Below, piece by piece: positions 17,487-26,448 of a DNA stretch of 44,226 bases. The DNA is taken from the UHGV virus genome UHGV-0346409. One strand, 5' to 3'. Under the pieces are notes generated by a model that saw only the letters and a list, made by a program, of their open reading frames with translations, ran no database searches and was not told where the DNA came from. This stretch comes from a virus. How positions within the stretch are numbered: position 1 is the first letter of the stretch; the number at the start of each line of letters is the position of its first letter. Made by a program: the position numbers and the translations under genes.

Positions 17487-17706
17487 CTAACTTGATCTTT
17501 TCATTGAAGTTTTTCTTGGTCCTGGATAGGATCTGGAGGTTGCGAAGTTTTTAGAGTCGCATCAAAGGGAAAGCCCTGACAGCGCCAACTGTCAGGGCCA
17601 TACAAAAACATCGGTTAATGCTTTCGTTGAGATCTCGGTTTGGGAGATTACCTCAACCGGGATCCCGTGTAAAGCATTCATTACCGAAAATGATATAGGT
17701 CAATGA

Positions 17707-17985
17707 ATGAAACACATCTGTAAAAAGTCACATCGTCACGACAGTATGTTTGATGTTCTTTCTGCAAATCAGGGTAACGTTGGGCGGCACAAGTGTTGTG
17801 GATGTGCCTATGATAAAGGTATGTGGCATGCATTAATCGGCGTTCCGCGTGCGGTTGATGACTCTGTTTTAGGTGATTTACCCGAAAGCCAGGCTGGGCA
17901 TGTCCGTCATAAAGATGCTTTTGAAGCATATAATATGGGCTATGACCATGGGATGCATAAAAAAGCCTACGGTATGGCCTCATAA
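17707..17985 (+). CDS. Small basic His/Cys-rich protein (92 aa)
   Basis: ORF followed 20 nt downstream by a strong terminator; about 220 nt downstream of the LexA box; weak RBS. Confidence 0.4.
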   Translation: MKHICKKSHRHDSMFDVLSANQGNVGRHKCCGCAYDKGMWHALIGVPRAVDDSVLGDLPESQAGHVRHKDAFEAYNMGYDHGMHKKAYGMAS

Positions 17986-18005
17986 TCTGGTGCAAATGAA
18001 TAACT

Positions 18006-18032
18006 AACCCGCTTCGGCGGGTTTTCTTTTTT
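18006..18032 (+). terminator. Rho-independent terminator
   Basis: AACCCGC-TTCG-GCGGGTT hairpin followed by TTCTTTTTT. Confidence 0.7.
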
Positions 18033-18103
18033 ATAGAACCCTGCGATGTGAAAACGAATAATAAATTTTGCAAATAATGCAGTTTTTATTATTCGAGGTA
18101 ATT

Positions 18104-18745
18104 ATGAAAACCTTCTATGAGGACTGGCCTGAAACTTTCGTTAGCCGATTAGATATGTTACGAGCTCTGGATGATCGCGGCTCGACCCGGAGGCTCTATC
18201 TTGAGCGGACCGGGGCAATATTTGACGCTCTGGCAGAAGAGATACGTACAGCCGTTGCCGGGCATCCTGAAATCGACGTGAGTGAACTTGATATCGGGCC
18301 GCTGTATCGCTATTACAAACGTGGAGAAAAGGGGAATCCGCTGGCTGACTTACTTATTGAGTTGGCTCCACCAACTTGTGAACGGGTTCGTATATCTCCT
18401 GAAGTGTACACAATCCCGTATCTGTTTTTTGCACTGTTGATAGCGCAAGGCGCTGACAACGATGCCCGCGATTTTTTCAATATGATGATGCGACCGTTGA
18501 TCATCGCCTACCGTTTCAAACAACTGGCGCGCTACCTTGGCACGAAGGGCGGAGGACGACCACAGCACAGATTAAAAAGCGAAGCCATTGAACTGGCTGA
18601 TCGTTTTTTTACTGAAAACCCGACAGCGCCATTATCGCGTGGTGTGCAATACATATCCGGTATTTTTGTGGCGAAATACTCTGACCCACCTGCAGCGTCG
18701 ACGATTAGAAAATGGTTAATTTCAATTTACAGGAGTGATAAATAA
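18104..18745 (+). CDS. Hypothetical protein (214 aa from ATG 18104)
   Basis: GAGG RBS 7 nt upstream of ATG; ORF-track start at 18068 is TTG. Confidence 0.5.
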   Translation: MKTFYEDWPETFVSRLDMLRALDDRGSTRRLYLERTGAIFDALAEEIRTAVAGHPEIDVSELDIGPLYRYYKRGEKGNPLADLLIELAPPTCERVRISPEVYTIPYLFFALLIAQGADNDARDFFNMMMRPLIIAYRFKQLARYLGTKGGGRPQHRLKSEAIELADRFFTENPTAPLSRGVQYISGIFVAKYSDPPAASTIRKWLISIYRSDK

Positions 18746-18838
18746 TGACCATAAACGGTTTAATCCCCTATAAAACCGTTTAATAAAATTCACGACGTGA
18801 ATATAATTGTTCATTATTCCCTCATTGTATTTGGCGTT

Positions 18839-18876
18839 ATGACAAATGCCATAAAATACTGTATAAATGTACAGGT
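18839..18876 (+). promoter_or_regulatory. SOS-type promoter: -35 ATGACA, 17-nt spacer, -10 TATAAA, overlapped by LexA box TACTGT-ATAAATGT-ACAGGT (18857-18876)
   Basis: Read directly; box is close to the TACTGTATATATATACAGTA consensus and overlaps the -10; 21 nt upstream of an ATG with GGGGGAAG RBS. Confidence 0.6.
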
Positions 18877-18896
18877 AATGGCGTTAGGGGGAAGAC

Positions 18897-19076
18897 ATGA
18901 ATATTCAAGAATCTATAGGCGAACTACCGGAAACATGCCGGGCTGTTATCAAGCGTAAGGACGGACACATCGTTGGTGTGCGTGTTCTGACCGATGATGA
19001 ACGGATTGCCAGCCTGATGGCGTTTCTCGAGTTGGCAGAAATAGCTGGATATACTATTACACCCCCTGATGCGTAA
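18897..19076 (+). CDS. Small SOS-regulated protein (59 aa), candidate antirepressor; below the ORF-track length cutoff
   Basis: ATG with strong RBS immediately downstream of the LexA-overlapped promoter. Confidence 0.5.
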   Translation: MNIQESIGELPETCRAVIKRKDGHIVGVRVLTDDERIASLMAFLELAEIAGYTITPPDA

Positions 19077-19152
19077 AACACGGTATAATGTCGGTGCTGG
19101 ATTGAACACCCAGCACCACTTCTGAACACTGCCGCGCCACCTGGAGTTAACC

Positions 19153-19749
19153 ATGGCGCAGCATTCATTTATCAGGGTATCCGGCGGTTCGCTAATACCC
19201 GCGACACCAGACACGCAACGCTGGTTGACTGAACGAGTCAAACCAGGTGCTGTTGTGTATGCAGATTTCAAACAGGCGCGTAATCCCGCGTTTCATCGTA
19301 AATTTTTCTCACTTCTCAACCTGGGCTTTGATTACTGGCATCCCTCCGGAGGGGCTATTTCTCCTGCGGAGCGCGAACTGGTTCACGGATACGTTAAGTT
19401 ACTGGCGTATTACGGTGGGCATGGTGATGTCATGGCTGAGCTGGCTGATCAGTATCTTCTCGATGAGTCGGAAAAGCGCGCGGGGAATATCAGTGCGGTG
19501 AAGTCGTTCGAGGCGTTTCGCGCCTGGGCGACTATGGAATCTGGATTTTATGACGTTCATCAGATGCCAGATGGTAGTTTGATGCGTGTACCTCGTTCAA
19601 TCTCGTTTGCTGCGATGGACGATCTTGAGTTCGGTCAACTGTATTCAGCCGTTTTAGATGTGCTGTGGAATTATATTTTGTTCCGCACGTTTGCCTCTCA
19701 GGAGGCCGCTGAAAATGCTGCCGCGCAGCTGTTGGATTACACATCATGA
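19153..19749 (+). CDS. Hypothetical Nin-region protein (198 aa)
   Basis: ORF with GGAG RBS, upstream of the Q-like gene. Confidence 0.5.
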   Translation: MAQHSFIRVSGGSLIPATPDTQRWLTERVKPGAVVYADFKQARNPAFHRKFFSLLNLGFDYWHPSGGAISPAERELVHGYVKLLAYYGGHGDVMAELADQYLLDESEKRAGNISAVKSFEAFRAWATMESGFYDVHQMPDGSLMRVPRSISFAAMDDLEFGQLYSAVLDVLWNYILFRTFASQEAAENAAAQLLDYTS

Positions 19750-20039
19750 AAAAAATCGACCTGAGAAAAGCTGCACGTGGTCGCGCTTGTACTGTGCGTA
19801 TCCCCGGTGTGTGCAATCACAATCCTGAAACCAGCGTACTGGCTCATTATCGTCTCGCCGGAATGTGCGGCACAGCCATCAAACCTCACGATATGCAGGG
19901 CGCTATCGCCTGCAGTGCGTGTCACGATGCCATCGACGGACGTACAAAAACGGATTACGAGCACGACTCATTGTTGTTGATGCACGCTGAGGGAGTTTTC
20001 AGAACACTGGCTATCTGGCGCGATGAGGAGTTTATCTGA
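19746..20039 (+). CDS. Cys-rich Nin-region protein (97 aa), possibly DUF1364/YbcO-like
   Basis: Multiple Cys/His (C..C, H..C); coupled to neighbours by ATGA overlaps; family by recall only. Confidence 0.4.
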   Translation: MKKIDLRKAARGRACTVRIPGVCNHNPETSVLAHYRLAGMCGTAIKPHDMQGAIACSACHDAIDGRTKTDYEHDSLLLMHAEGVFRTLAIWRDEEFI

Positions 20040-20710
20040 TGAGTAACGAGTATTTATTGGAATATACCCGCATAAAACTGCGCGCTGCATTACGGGATTT
20101 GTCTGGTGGTTCTAAGGGGCAACTGGAAGCATTGTGTGAGCACCCGCCAGCAGATAAAAACGCATACCCACGCAAACATATTCATCGTGTGCAACTGGAG
20201 GACCGGACCGTTGATGCTCTGGTTACGCCAGTTTATGCCCTGGAAAGTTTCAGCAGACGTCGTCCCGCGCCGCCGATGAATGATTATGAATTCGCTGATT
20301 CATCGTGGCGCCGCGCCGTGAATTCGCTCGACGTTAGCCAGCAGGCGTGGTTGCGCTATTGCTACGGTGGTCACCTGGCGTTCAAACACCAAACAGCTAT
20401 TTGTGAGGCTGTCTGGAGTCGCTATAAAGGACACATCCCCGCGTCAACTCAGAGAAAAGTAGCTAAGCGTCTGCTTTCGTTGGTGTGGTTGTCCGTGCAG
20501 GCGGTTGCAGCAGCAAATAAACGCGAGGATTTTAAGGAGATGGCTGGATCTGCGCTAGCTGGAATGTTGTCTGTTTCTCGTTCCACCTGGTGCGAAACAT
20601 ACTCCCCGCACTGGGTAGGAATGAAAGAGGCGGTGAGAGCACTTGATGAAATGGCACTTCTTGCAACTTTGCATCATTATCAAAACCATTTAGACGACGT
20701 TTGCGTATAA
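20039..20710 (+). CDS. Late-gene antiterminator, Q-like
   Basis: 223-aa ORF immediately upstream of a promoter-like TATAAT, a short-transcript terminator and the lysis cassette; family by recall and position. Confidence 0.55.
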   Translation: MSNEYLLEYTRIKLRAALRDLSGGSKGQLEALCEHPPADKNAYPRKHIHRVQLEDRTVDALVTPVYALESFSRRRPAPPMNDYEFADSSWRRAVNSLDVSQQAWLRYCYGGHLAFKHQTAICEAVWSRYKGHIPASTQRKVAKRLLSLVWLSVQAVAAANKREDFKEMAGSALAGMLSVSRSTWCETYSPHWVGMKEAVRALDEMALLATLHHYQNHLDDVCV

Positions 20711-20776
20711 TGCTTGCAAAACCGAACAAAACAGGCCATATTAAACGCTAATTTGGTATGTTGCCAAATTTCTAAG

Positions 20777-20806
20777 AACCTCGCCACGGCGGGGTTTTGT
20801 CGTTTC
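20777..20806 (+). terminator. Candidate tR'-like terminator downstream of the late promoter
   Basis: AACCTCGC-CACG-GCGGGGTT hairpin followed by a T-rich run, 60-90 nt after TATAAT at 20706-20711. Confidence 0.45.
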
Positions 20807-20822
20807 TGAATCAGGAAAAATC

Positions 20823-21206
20823 ATGTCTGAACCTCTAACCGCTGGCGTTGCTGCTGGCTCGGCGGGGGTGACGTTTGCTGCGTTATTTCCTGAGGCAACA
20901 CCTGCAGTGATGATCTGTGCGCTGGCTGGCGCAGCTCTCTATGTGTTGTCGTCCGGGCAGCATCGATTCTGGAAGCAGGTTATTTTCGCACTCATTTCGT
21001 TTGTTGGCGGTGTGTATTGCGCTGAGACAGCGTCAGCCATCATTACCGGTATTCTGAACGCGGTGCTGAGTCACCTGAACCCTCCCGTAACAGTAAAAGT
21101 CTCTCCCGCCATTGGTGCACTGGTTGCATCAGTAATCAGCGTTACATCACTGTTGCGGATCATGTCACAAGCTCGTTTATGGAAATCAGATAAGGGGATG
21201 AAATAA
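20823..21206 (+). CDS. Putative holin / lysis membrane protein (127 aa)
   Basis: Three to four hydrophobic segments; first gene after the late promoter. Confidence 0.5.
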   Translation: MSEPLTAGVAAGSAGVTFAALFPEATPAVMICALAGAALYVLSSGQHRFWKQVIFALISFVGGVYCAETASAIITGILNAVLSHLNPPVTVKVSPAIGALVASVISVTSLLRIMSQARLWKSDKGMK

Positions 21207-21490
21207 TGACCCTGCACTCTGTCCTCATTAATGCCAATGCAATTATCTGTCTGATGCTGGCACTGCGGTTGATGTTTTTTCAAAAAACAGGCCGCTATCG
21301 TTTTTTCATCTCACTAACTGCTTACCTGGCGATTCTGTCTGCTGCGTGGATAGCCCTACGAATTTTTTACGGGAAATACACGCAGGTTGATCCCGCAGAG
21401 TTCTTTCTCAATCTCACCATCTGTATTGCTGTCTGGCGGGCACGAGGGAATATTTCAAAAATAACAGGAGACAGGTATGACCGATCCTAA
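21206..21490 (+). CDS. Putative holin or lysis-associated membrane protein (94 aa)
   Basis: Three hydrophobic segments with charged C-terminus; coupled (TAATG) to the upstream gene. Confidence 0.45.
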   Translation: MTLHSVLINANAIICLMLALRLMFFQKTGRYRFFISLTAYLAILSAAWIALRIFYGKYTQVDPAEFFLNLTICIAVWRARGNISKITGDRYDRS

Positions 21491-21956
21491 ATGGCTAATT
21501 GAGGCACGAAAAAATCTCGGCATTCGGGAAATGAAAGGGAAGCAACATGCTGCAGAAATTGTGCAGTACTGGAAAGATATCAAACGCGGCGGCATTAAGG
21601 ATGATGAAACCCCGTGGTGCGCTGCCTTCACCGGAGCAATGCTGGAACGTGTAGGTATTCGCTCAACGCGTTTTGAGTCTGCGAATTCTTATCTCGATTG
21701 GGGTAATGAACTGAAGGAACCCGCCTATGGATGCATTGCTATTCTGTCTCGGTCTGGCGGTGGTCACGTTGGCTTTGTTGTCGGGAAAAATGCCGCCGGG
21801 GATTTAATGATTTTGGGTGGTAACCAGGCAGATGAAGTAAATATCAAAGCTTTTCCTCGTTCCCGCGTAACAGGCTACCGCTGGCCAGCAGGCCAAACTG
21901 ATGTTCCACAATCACTTCCATTCGTGAATGCTGAGAAATCTATCTCAGAAGCGTAG
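21477..21956 (+). CDS. Putative endolysin, cysteine-peptidase type (CHAP/NlpC-P60-like)
   Basis: AGGAG RBS; candidate catalytic Cys (PWCAAF) and His (GGGHVGFV); position in lysis cassette. Confidence 0.55.
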   Translation: MTDPKWLIEARKNLGIREMKGKQHAAEIVQYWKDIKRGGIKDDETPWCAAFTGAMLERVGIRSTRFESANSYLDWGNELKEPAYGCIAILSRSGGGHVGFVVGKNAAGDLMILGGNQADEVNIKAFPRSRVTGYRWPAGQTDVPQSLPFVNAEKSISEA

Positions 21957-21963
21957 GTAAAAC

Positions 21964-22158
21964 GTGAAAAAACTTCTCTTAGCTGTCGCGTTCTTCACGC
22001 TGGCAGGCTGCACACATTCGACATACACCGAAGCGACTCGCGCTGACGACAGCAGTATTAAACACGTGACGATCGCGCCGGGTACGAAGATTACAACAGC
22101 GAACGGTGGTTGTATTGATTCAACCGGGGCAGTGGCTTCATGCCCCGTTGGAAAATAG
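21964..22158 (+). CDS. Small lipoprotein (64 aa), possible outer-membrane spanin-like component
   Basis: Signal peptide with lipobox LAGC; GTG start; no partner inner-membrane spanin found. Confidence 0.45.
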   Translation: MKKLLLAVAFFTLAGCTHSTYTEATRADDSSIKHVTIAPGTKITTANGGCIDSTGAVASCPVGK

Positions 22159-22296
22159 GGTAATTTATCTTAATGAATTGACGATTGGTCATTTGGCCCA
22201 GGCAACCTGACCACACAAAGGTGCTAAAGACAGAATCATAAATATGACATATTTTTAAATGCCGATTTAACTGGGTATTTTTTAATAGGAAATTAT

Positions 22297-22575
22297 ATGT
22301 CACAGTTTTTGTTCGTTGGTGGGCCTTTTCACGGTCGTGTTGAAGACATTTATTCTAATTCCGCTATTGAACCCGTAGGTAGCACGGAGTTAAGGGTTTC
22401 TGTGGGGGATGAGGTAGTAATTTATGAACGCTCCGATTTTAGTCGATGGAATGGACCGCATTATCGCGTTGCAGTTGCAAATGGCGCGAGTGAGTTAATT
22501 CCTCAGACTATCGACGAGATGAATTATCACACATCTAAAATTTCTCCTATTTCGAAAGTTACTAGCACTGACTAA
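22297..22575 (+). CDS. Hypothetical protein (92 aa)
   Basis: AGGA RBS upstream of ATG. Confidence 0.4.
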   Translation: MSQFLFVGGPFHGRVEDIYSNSAIEPVGSTELRVSVGDEVVIYERSDFSRWNGPHYRVAVANGASELIPQTIDEMNYHTSKISPISKVTSTD

Positions 22576-22913
22576 TAGCCCGGATAGTGACCTTCAAAGA
22601 TGTGCACGGGATGTTTTGTACGTGCATATTCAGCAAGGATTTTGTTTGTTAAAGGTGTCTTGAGTGTTGTTGGCTCTTTTAATAGATCGATGGCATCAAG
22701 ACGCCTTAGTGCATCGCCCTTCAGATAATTTATCGTAATGGTTGTGATTAAAAAATCACCGCAAAAACCACTGCAATGAATTTTCCAGCACGTATCGTGA
22801 TTTGTCCATGTGGCATCAGAGCCGCATACAGGGCAATTTTTTGATTCCTGCATACCAATAACCATAGAGCATTTCTCTTCATTGAATGTTCGAGTTAAAA
22901 GCATAGACGACAT
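22572..22913 (-). CDS. Cys-rich hypothetical protein (113 aa), antisense moron in the late region
   Basis: CPVCG..C..HC..C cluster; opposite strand to the late operon. Confidence 0.4.
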   Translation of the reverse strand: MSSMLLTRTFNEEKCSMVIGMQESKNCPVCGSDATWTNHDTCWKIHCSGFCGDFLITTITINYLKGDALRRLDAIDLLKEPTTLKTPLTNKILAEYARTKHPVHIFEGHYPGY

Positions 22914-22944
22914 CTGGGCACCATGAGAATACAGTAGGATTTAA

Positions 22945-23112
22945 TTACATGAGCTAACCGGGACTGGGCTTGAGCTTCAGAAGCGATTCCTGTCCGAGTA
23001 CGTCAAATCATGTGTATCACCGAAAGAATGGTGTGACGCGCAGGGACTGAGCTTCGCAACAGCTCGCCGACGTATAAAAAACAACTGCGCAATGTGCCAA
23101 AGAGCTGGTGGC
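22945..23112 (+). pseudogene. Start-less ORF fragment with terminase-small-subunit-like HTH (recombination remnant)
   Basis: Open frame encoding ..LQKRFLSEYVKSCVSPKEWCDAQGLSFATARRRIKNN.. with no start codon; stop at 23113-23115. Confidence 0.3.
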
Positions 23113-23181
23113 TGATGAAAGAGACGCTTTACTTAAACGAGAGGCCGCCTTTTTGTTTTAAGGCGGCACACATTCAACAGG

Positions 23182-23427
23182 TTAAGGTAACCGATTTGAC
23201 CATTTAGTTGCACGCCAGTTGTTCTGAATCATAATCTCCTCAAGTATCTCATCTGAAGGCTCTGCTTCGCCGCTTAACCATTCTCTTAAAGTTGGACAAT
23301 GTAGGTAAGAGGAGTTCGCACGATAAAAAGATACGATGGCGTCCTCTGATAACTTCTCAGGAAATTTTTTGGGGTCAGCTTCTTTTAATATTACGCTCAT
23401 TAAGGCTTCGATTTTTTCTTTGTTCAT
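23182..23427 (-). CDS. Hypothetical protein (81 aa from ATG 23427), AT-rich
   Basis: Clean acidic sequence from the internal ATG; the longer track ORF upstream is low-complexity; no clear RBS. Confidence 0.3.
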   Translation of the reverse strand: MNKEKIEALMSVILKEADPKKFPEKLSEDAIVSFYRANSSYLHCPTLREWLSGEAEPSDEILEEIMIQNNWRATKWSNRLP

Positions 23428-23799
23428 TTTTTTTGTGTGCTCATGGTTGTTGCTTTTCTGTAAGAATATCAATAATTTCAAGATATATACACATAGGGAA
23501 AACTTTGTTCGGTAGTCTATCGATACAGCGCAAAAGGATGGCTCGCTGCCAAAGTGAAAGCTTACGCTGATAATGAGATACACAAAGCTGATGTATGCAA
23601 ACAAGTACGCCGCGAGGCTACAGTCGAGTTTGATGAACCTGATGCGAGCCCCCGATTCCTGTCCTGAAAGGGATATAGCCCCCCTGGTCGCGGGTCCTTT
23701 CCGAAATTCAAAACACCGAGGGTCGGTAGACGCGCAAAAACTCACTCATTTTTAGTATTTTTTCATTTTATGTATTTCCGGTTCCGGTGAGGATTTTTA

Positions 23800-24366
23800 A
23801 TGGCAAGTCAGGCTGAGGTCGCAGCACATTTACTGCTATCAGATCGTCGTCTGCGCGATCTCGCAAAACTTCCGGGAGCACCAGTCCCACAAGGACGTGG
23901 TGATTGGGAGCTAGACGCCTGGCGCCATTTCTATATTCATTATCTCCGGAGTAATAGACGCGACACAGTTGGTACTGACGAACCGGAAGTGGGGGACAAT
24001 TCTCCCGAAAAAAATCGCGAGCAGTGGCTGAAAAATGAGGAACGACAGGAGCGAATCCTGATGGCTCGCGTGAAACGCCGCATTCTTGCTAAACGCTACG
24101 CGCCAATTGAATTAATCAGCGTCGCTGTATCTCGCGTCGCAGTTGAATTACGTACCCGTGTCGAATCGTGGCCACCACGGTTGAAAAAGGTGTGGCCTGA
24201 AATGCCGCAGGAGGCGAGCAGTGTTTTACGAGAGGAGCTGGCGATAGCCCTGAATGAACTGGCAGACATACGAGTCGACTTCAGCGATTACGATGTCAGC
24301 GATATCGAACGCGATCTCGACAGGGTTGAATCCCTTGCGCGTGACGATACCGATGACGGGGGTTGA
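23800..24366 (+). CDS. Terminase small subunit (lambda Nu1-like)
   Basis: 188-aa ORF immediately upstream of and overlapping the large terminase gene; GAGG RBS; assignment by position and general resemblance. Confidence 0.55.
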   Translation: MASQAEVAAHLLLSDRRLRDLAKLPGAPVPQGRGDWELDAWRHFYIHYLRSNRRDTVGTDEPEVGDNSPEKNREQWLKNEERQERILMARVKRRILAKRYAPIELISVAVSRVAVELRTRVESWPPRLKKVWPEMPQEASSVLREELAIALNELADIRVDFSDYDVSDIERDLDRVESLARDDTDDGG

Positions 24367-26218
24367 GTGGGCTGATAAATATTTTTATCTCCCTGAGGGC
24401 TCCAGCCACATCGCTGGCCACTGGACGACTCAGCCGGTCCAGGTAGTGATGCTCAATATGATGACTAACGACGCGATAAAAATCGTGTCTGTTCGCAAAT
24501 CAGCTCGTCTCGGTTATACAAAAATACTCGTCGCGGCGCTGCTCTATTTCGCTGAGCACAAAAAACGTAGTGCCGTGGTCTATCAGCCTATCGATGACGA
24601 ATCGGATGGATTTGTTGCCGACGAGGTTGACCCCGCTATCGCCGAAATGCCGGTGATTCAGAAAATTTTCCCCGACTGGGATAAAAGCAACGAGCGTAAC
24701 AATCTCCAGCGTAAAGAAATGAGCGGCGCGATTATTGATTTTCGCGGCGCGAGTGCACCAGGAAATTTCCGGCGACTAACGAAACAGGTTGTCGAGGGTG
24801 ACGAAGTTGACGGCTGGCCGCTGGAAGTTGCCAAAAAAGGCAAAGGCGAGGGCTCGCCCATCGAACTGGCGCTCGTTCGAATTAAAGGGGCAGCGTACCC
24901 GAAGGCGATTTTCGGCTCGACGCCAACCGTCACCGGAAAAAGTCATATTGAAATGCTGGAGGATGCCGCTGACCTGACGTTTCGTTTTTACCTGAAATGT
25001 CCGCATTGTGGCGAGGAGCAGGTCCTGGTATTTGGTTTCGACGGCATCGAATATGGCCTCAAATGGGATAATAGCCTGCAGACAAATGAGGCGAAATCGT
25101 CGTCCGCGTATTACCAGTGCTGCCACTGTCCTGAGCATTTTTACTATCGCGATCTCGAAAAAATGGAGCTCGCGGGGCGCTGGATAGCAGAGGACTGCAC
25201 CTGGACGCGGGACGGTATTCGTTTTTTTGATCACGACGGTGGTGTCGTTCGCGCGCCGAAACACGCGGCGATCGTGATAAACGCCATGTATTCGCTGAAT
25301 CTCGACGGCTGGGGCGAGATTGTCAGCGAGTGGCTGAAAGCGAAGGGCGATCCGCTCAAAGAAAAGACGTTTCATAACACGACGCTCGGCGAACTCTGGA
25401 GTGACGTAGCCAGCGAGCAGCTGGAGCACGATATTCTGGTTAATCGCCGGGAAAAATACGCCAGCCAGGTTCCTGACGGTGTTGTTTATCTGACCGGCGG
25501 CATCGACTCTCAGACGTCCGGTCGCTACGAGTGTTACGTGTGGGGCTGGGGAGTGGAGGAGGAGTGCTGGCTGATTGATAAAACAATCGTCCTCGGTCGC
25601 TACGACGAGGAGGACACGCTGCAGCGCGTCGACGGAGTGATTCGCAAACAATACCGGCGCAGCGACGGGACCACAATCGGCGTCAGTCGCTGGGCGTGGG
25701 ATACCGGTGGTATAGATGCGCAGGTCGTTTATAACCGCTCGCTGAAACTCGGTCCGCTGTGGGTCATTCCAATTAAAGGTGCGAGTTCATACGGTCAGCC
25801 AGTCGTAAATATGCCGCGTACACGTAACGCGAATAAAGTCTATTTGTCGTTAATCGGTACTGATACGGCAAAAGATTTGCTCGCAATGCGCCTGCCGCTG
25901 GAACCCGATTCTAAATCGGCGACACCAAGTGCGATTCATTTTCCCAACGACGACGAAATATTCGGCACGACAGAGGCAAAACAGCTCGTCTCTGAAGTTC
26001 TGATCCCGAAACTGATTAACGGTCGCGTCGTTTATCGCTGGGACAACCAGGGCCGGCGAAATGAGGCGCTCGACTGCTGGGTATACGCGCTGGCAGCGCT
26101 ACGTATCAGTAAAATTCGTTTCCAGCTCAATCTCGAGACGCTCGCTGAGCAACGGAAAAAATCACAAAACAAACTGTCTCTCGAGGAGATGGCCAGAATG
26201 CTCGGAGGGAGCTCATGA
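24254..26218 (+). CDS. A: Terminase large subunit (lambda gpA-like)
   Basis: Long collinear matches to lambda gpA by recall (VEWAD.YYLP, KSAR.GY.K, CPHCGEEQ, TTLGE.W, YLT.GIDSQ, WGWG..EE.WLID, IPIKGAS.YG.PV, NEALDC.VYALAALRIS). Start may be 24254, 24293 or 24353. Confidence 0.9.
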   Translation: MNWQTYESTSAITMSAISNAISTGLNPLRVTIPMTGVEWADKYFYLPEGSSHIAGHWTTQPVQVVMLNMMTNDAIKIVSVRKSARLGYTKILVAALLYFAEHKKRSAVVYQPIDDESDGFVADEVDPAIAEMPVIQKIFPDWDKSNERNNLQRKEMSGAIIDFRGASAPGNFRRLTKQVVEGDEVDGWPLEVAKKGKGEGSPIELALVRIKGAAYPKAIFGSTPTVTGKSHIEMLEDAADLTFRFYLKCPHCGEEQVLVFGFDGIEYGLKWDNSLQTNEAKSSSAYYQCCHCPEHFYYRDLEKMELAGRWIAEDCTWTRDGIRFFDHDGGVVRAPKHAAIVINAMYSLNLDGWGEIVSEWLKAKGDPLKEKTFHNTTLGELWSDVASEQLEHDILVNRREKYASQVPDGVVYLTGGIDSQTSGRYECYVWGWGVEEECWLIDKTIVLGRYDEEDTLQRVDGVIRKQYRRSDGTTIGVSRWAWDTGGIDAQVVYNRSLKLGPLWVIPIKGASSYGQPVVNMPRTRNANKVYLSLIGTDTAKDLLAMRLPLEPDSKSATPSAIHFPNDDEIFGTTEAKQLVSEVLIPKLINGRVVYRWDNQGRRNEALDCWVYALAALRISKIRFQLNLETLAEQRKKSQNKLSLEEMARMLGGSS

Positions 26219-26448
26219 TGTCGCGCGAGGTTTTAACAGAACGGCTGCTGGAAGCTGAAATTGCCCTGCACAAATTATTAACGGGTAGATCGACTGTATC
26301 GCTGTCTCACGGCGATTCAGCGGGAAATAACCGGAGCTATCAATACTCACAGGCGAGTATTGAACAGCTCCGAACGTACATTATCGAGCTGAAATCACAG
26401 CTCGGTCTGAGTACGGGACGCCGCCGTCCCGTGGGAGTTCGATTATGA
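26215..26448 (+). CDS. W: Head-tail joining protein (lambda gpW-like)
   Basis: 77-aa ORF resembling lambda W by recall (..AL..L.TG..V.....D....Y....I..L.....); coupled to terminase and portal genes. Confidence 0.75.
   Translation: MMSREVLTERLLEAEIALHKLLTGRSTVSLSHGDSAGNNRSYQYSQASIEQLRTYIIELKSQLGLSTGRRRPVGVRL

Noticed and set aside
23428-23799. Possible cos site upstream of the Nu1-like gene
   Set aside because: A lambda-type terminase predicts a cos site here, but I could not recognise cosN from sequence alone, so no coordinates are called.
24658-25676. Minus-strand ORFs of 78-291 aa inside the large terminase gene
   Set aside because: Antisense shadows of a strongly supported plus-strand gene; Arg/Ala/Pro-rich low-complexity translations.
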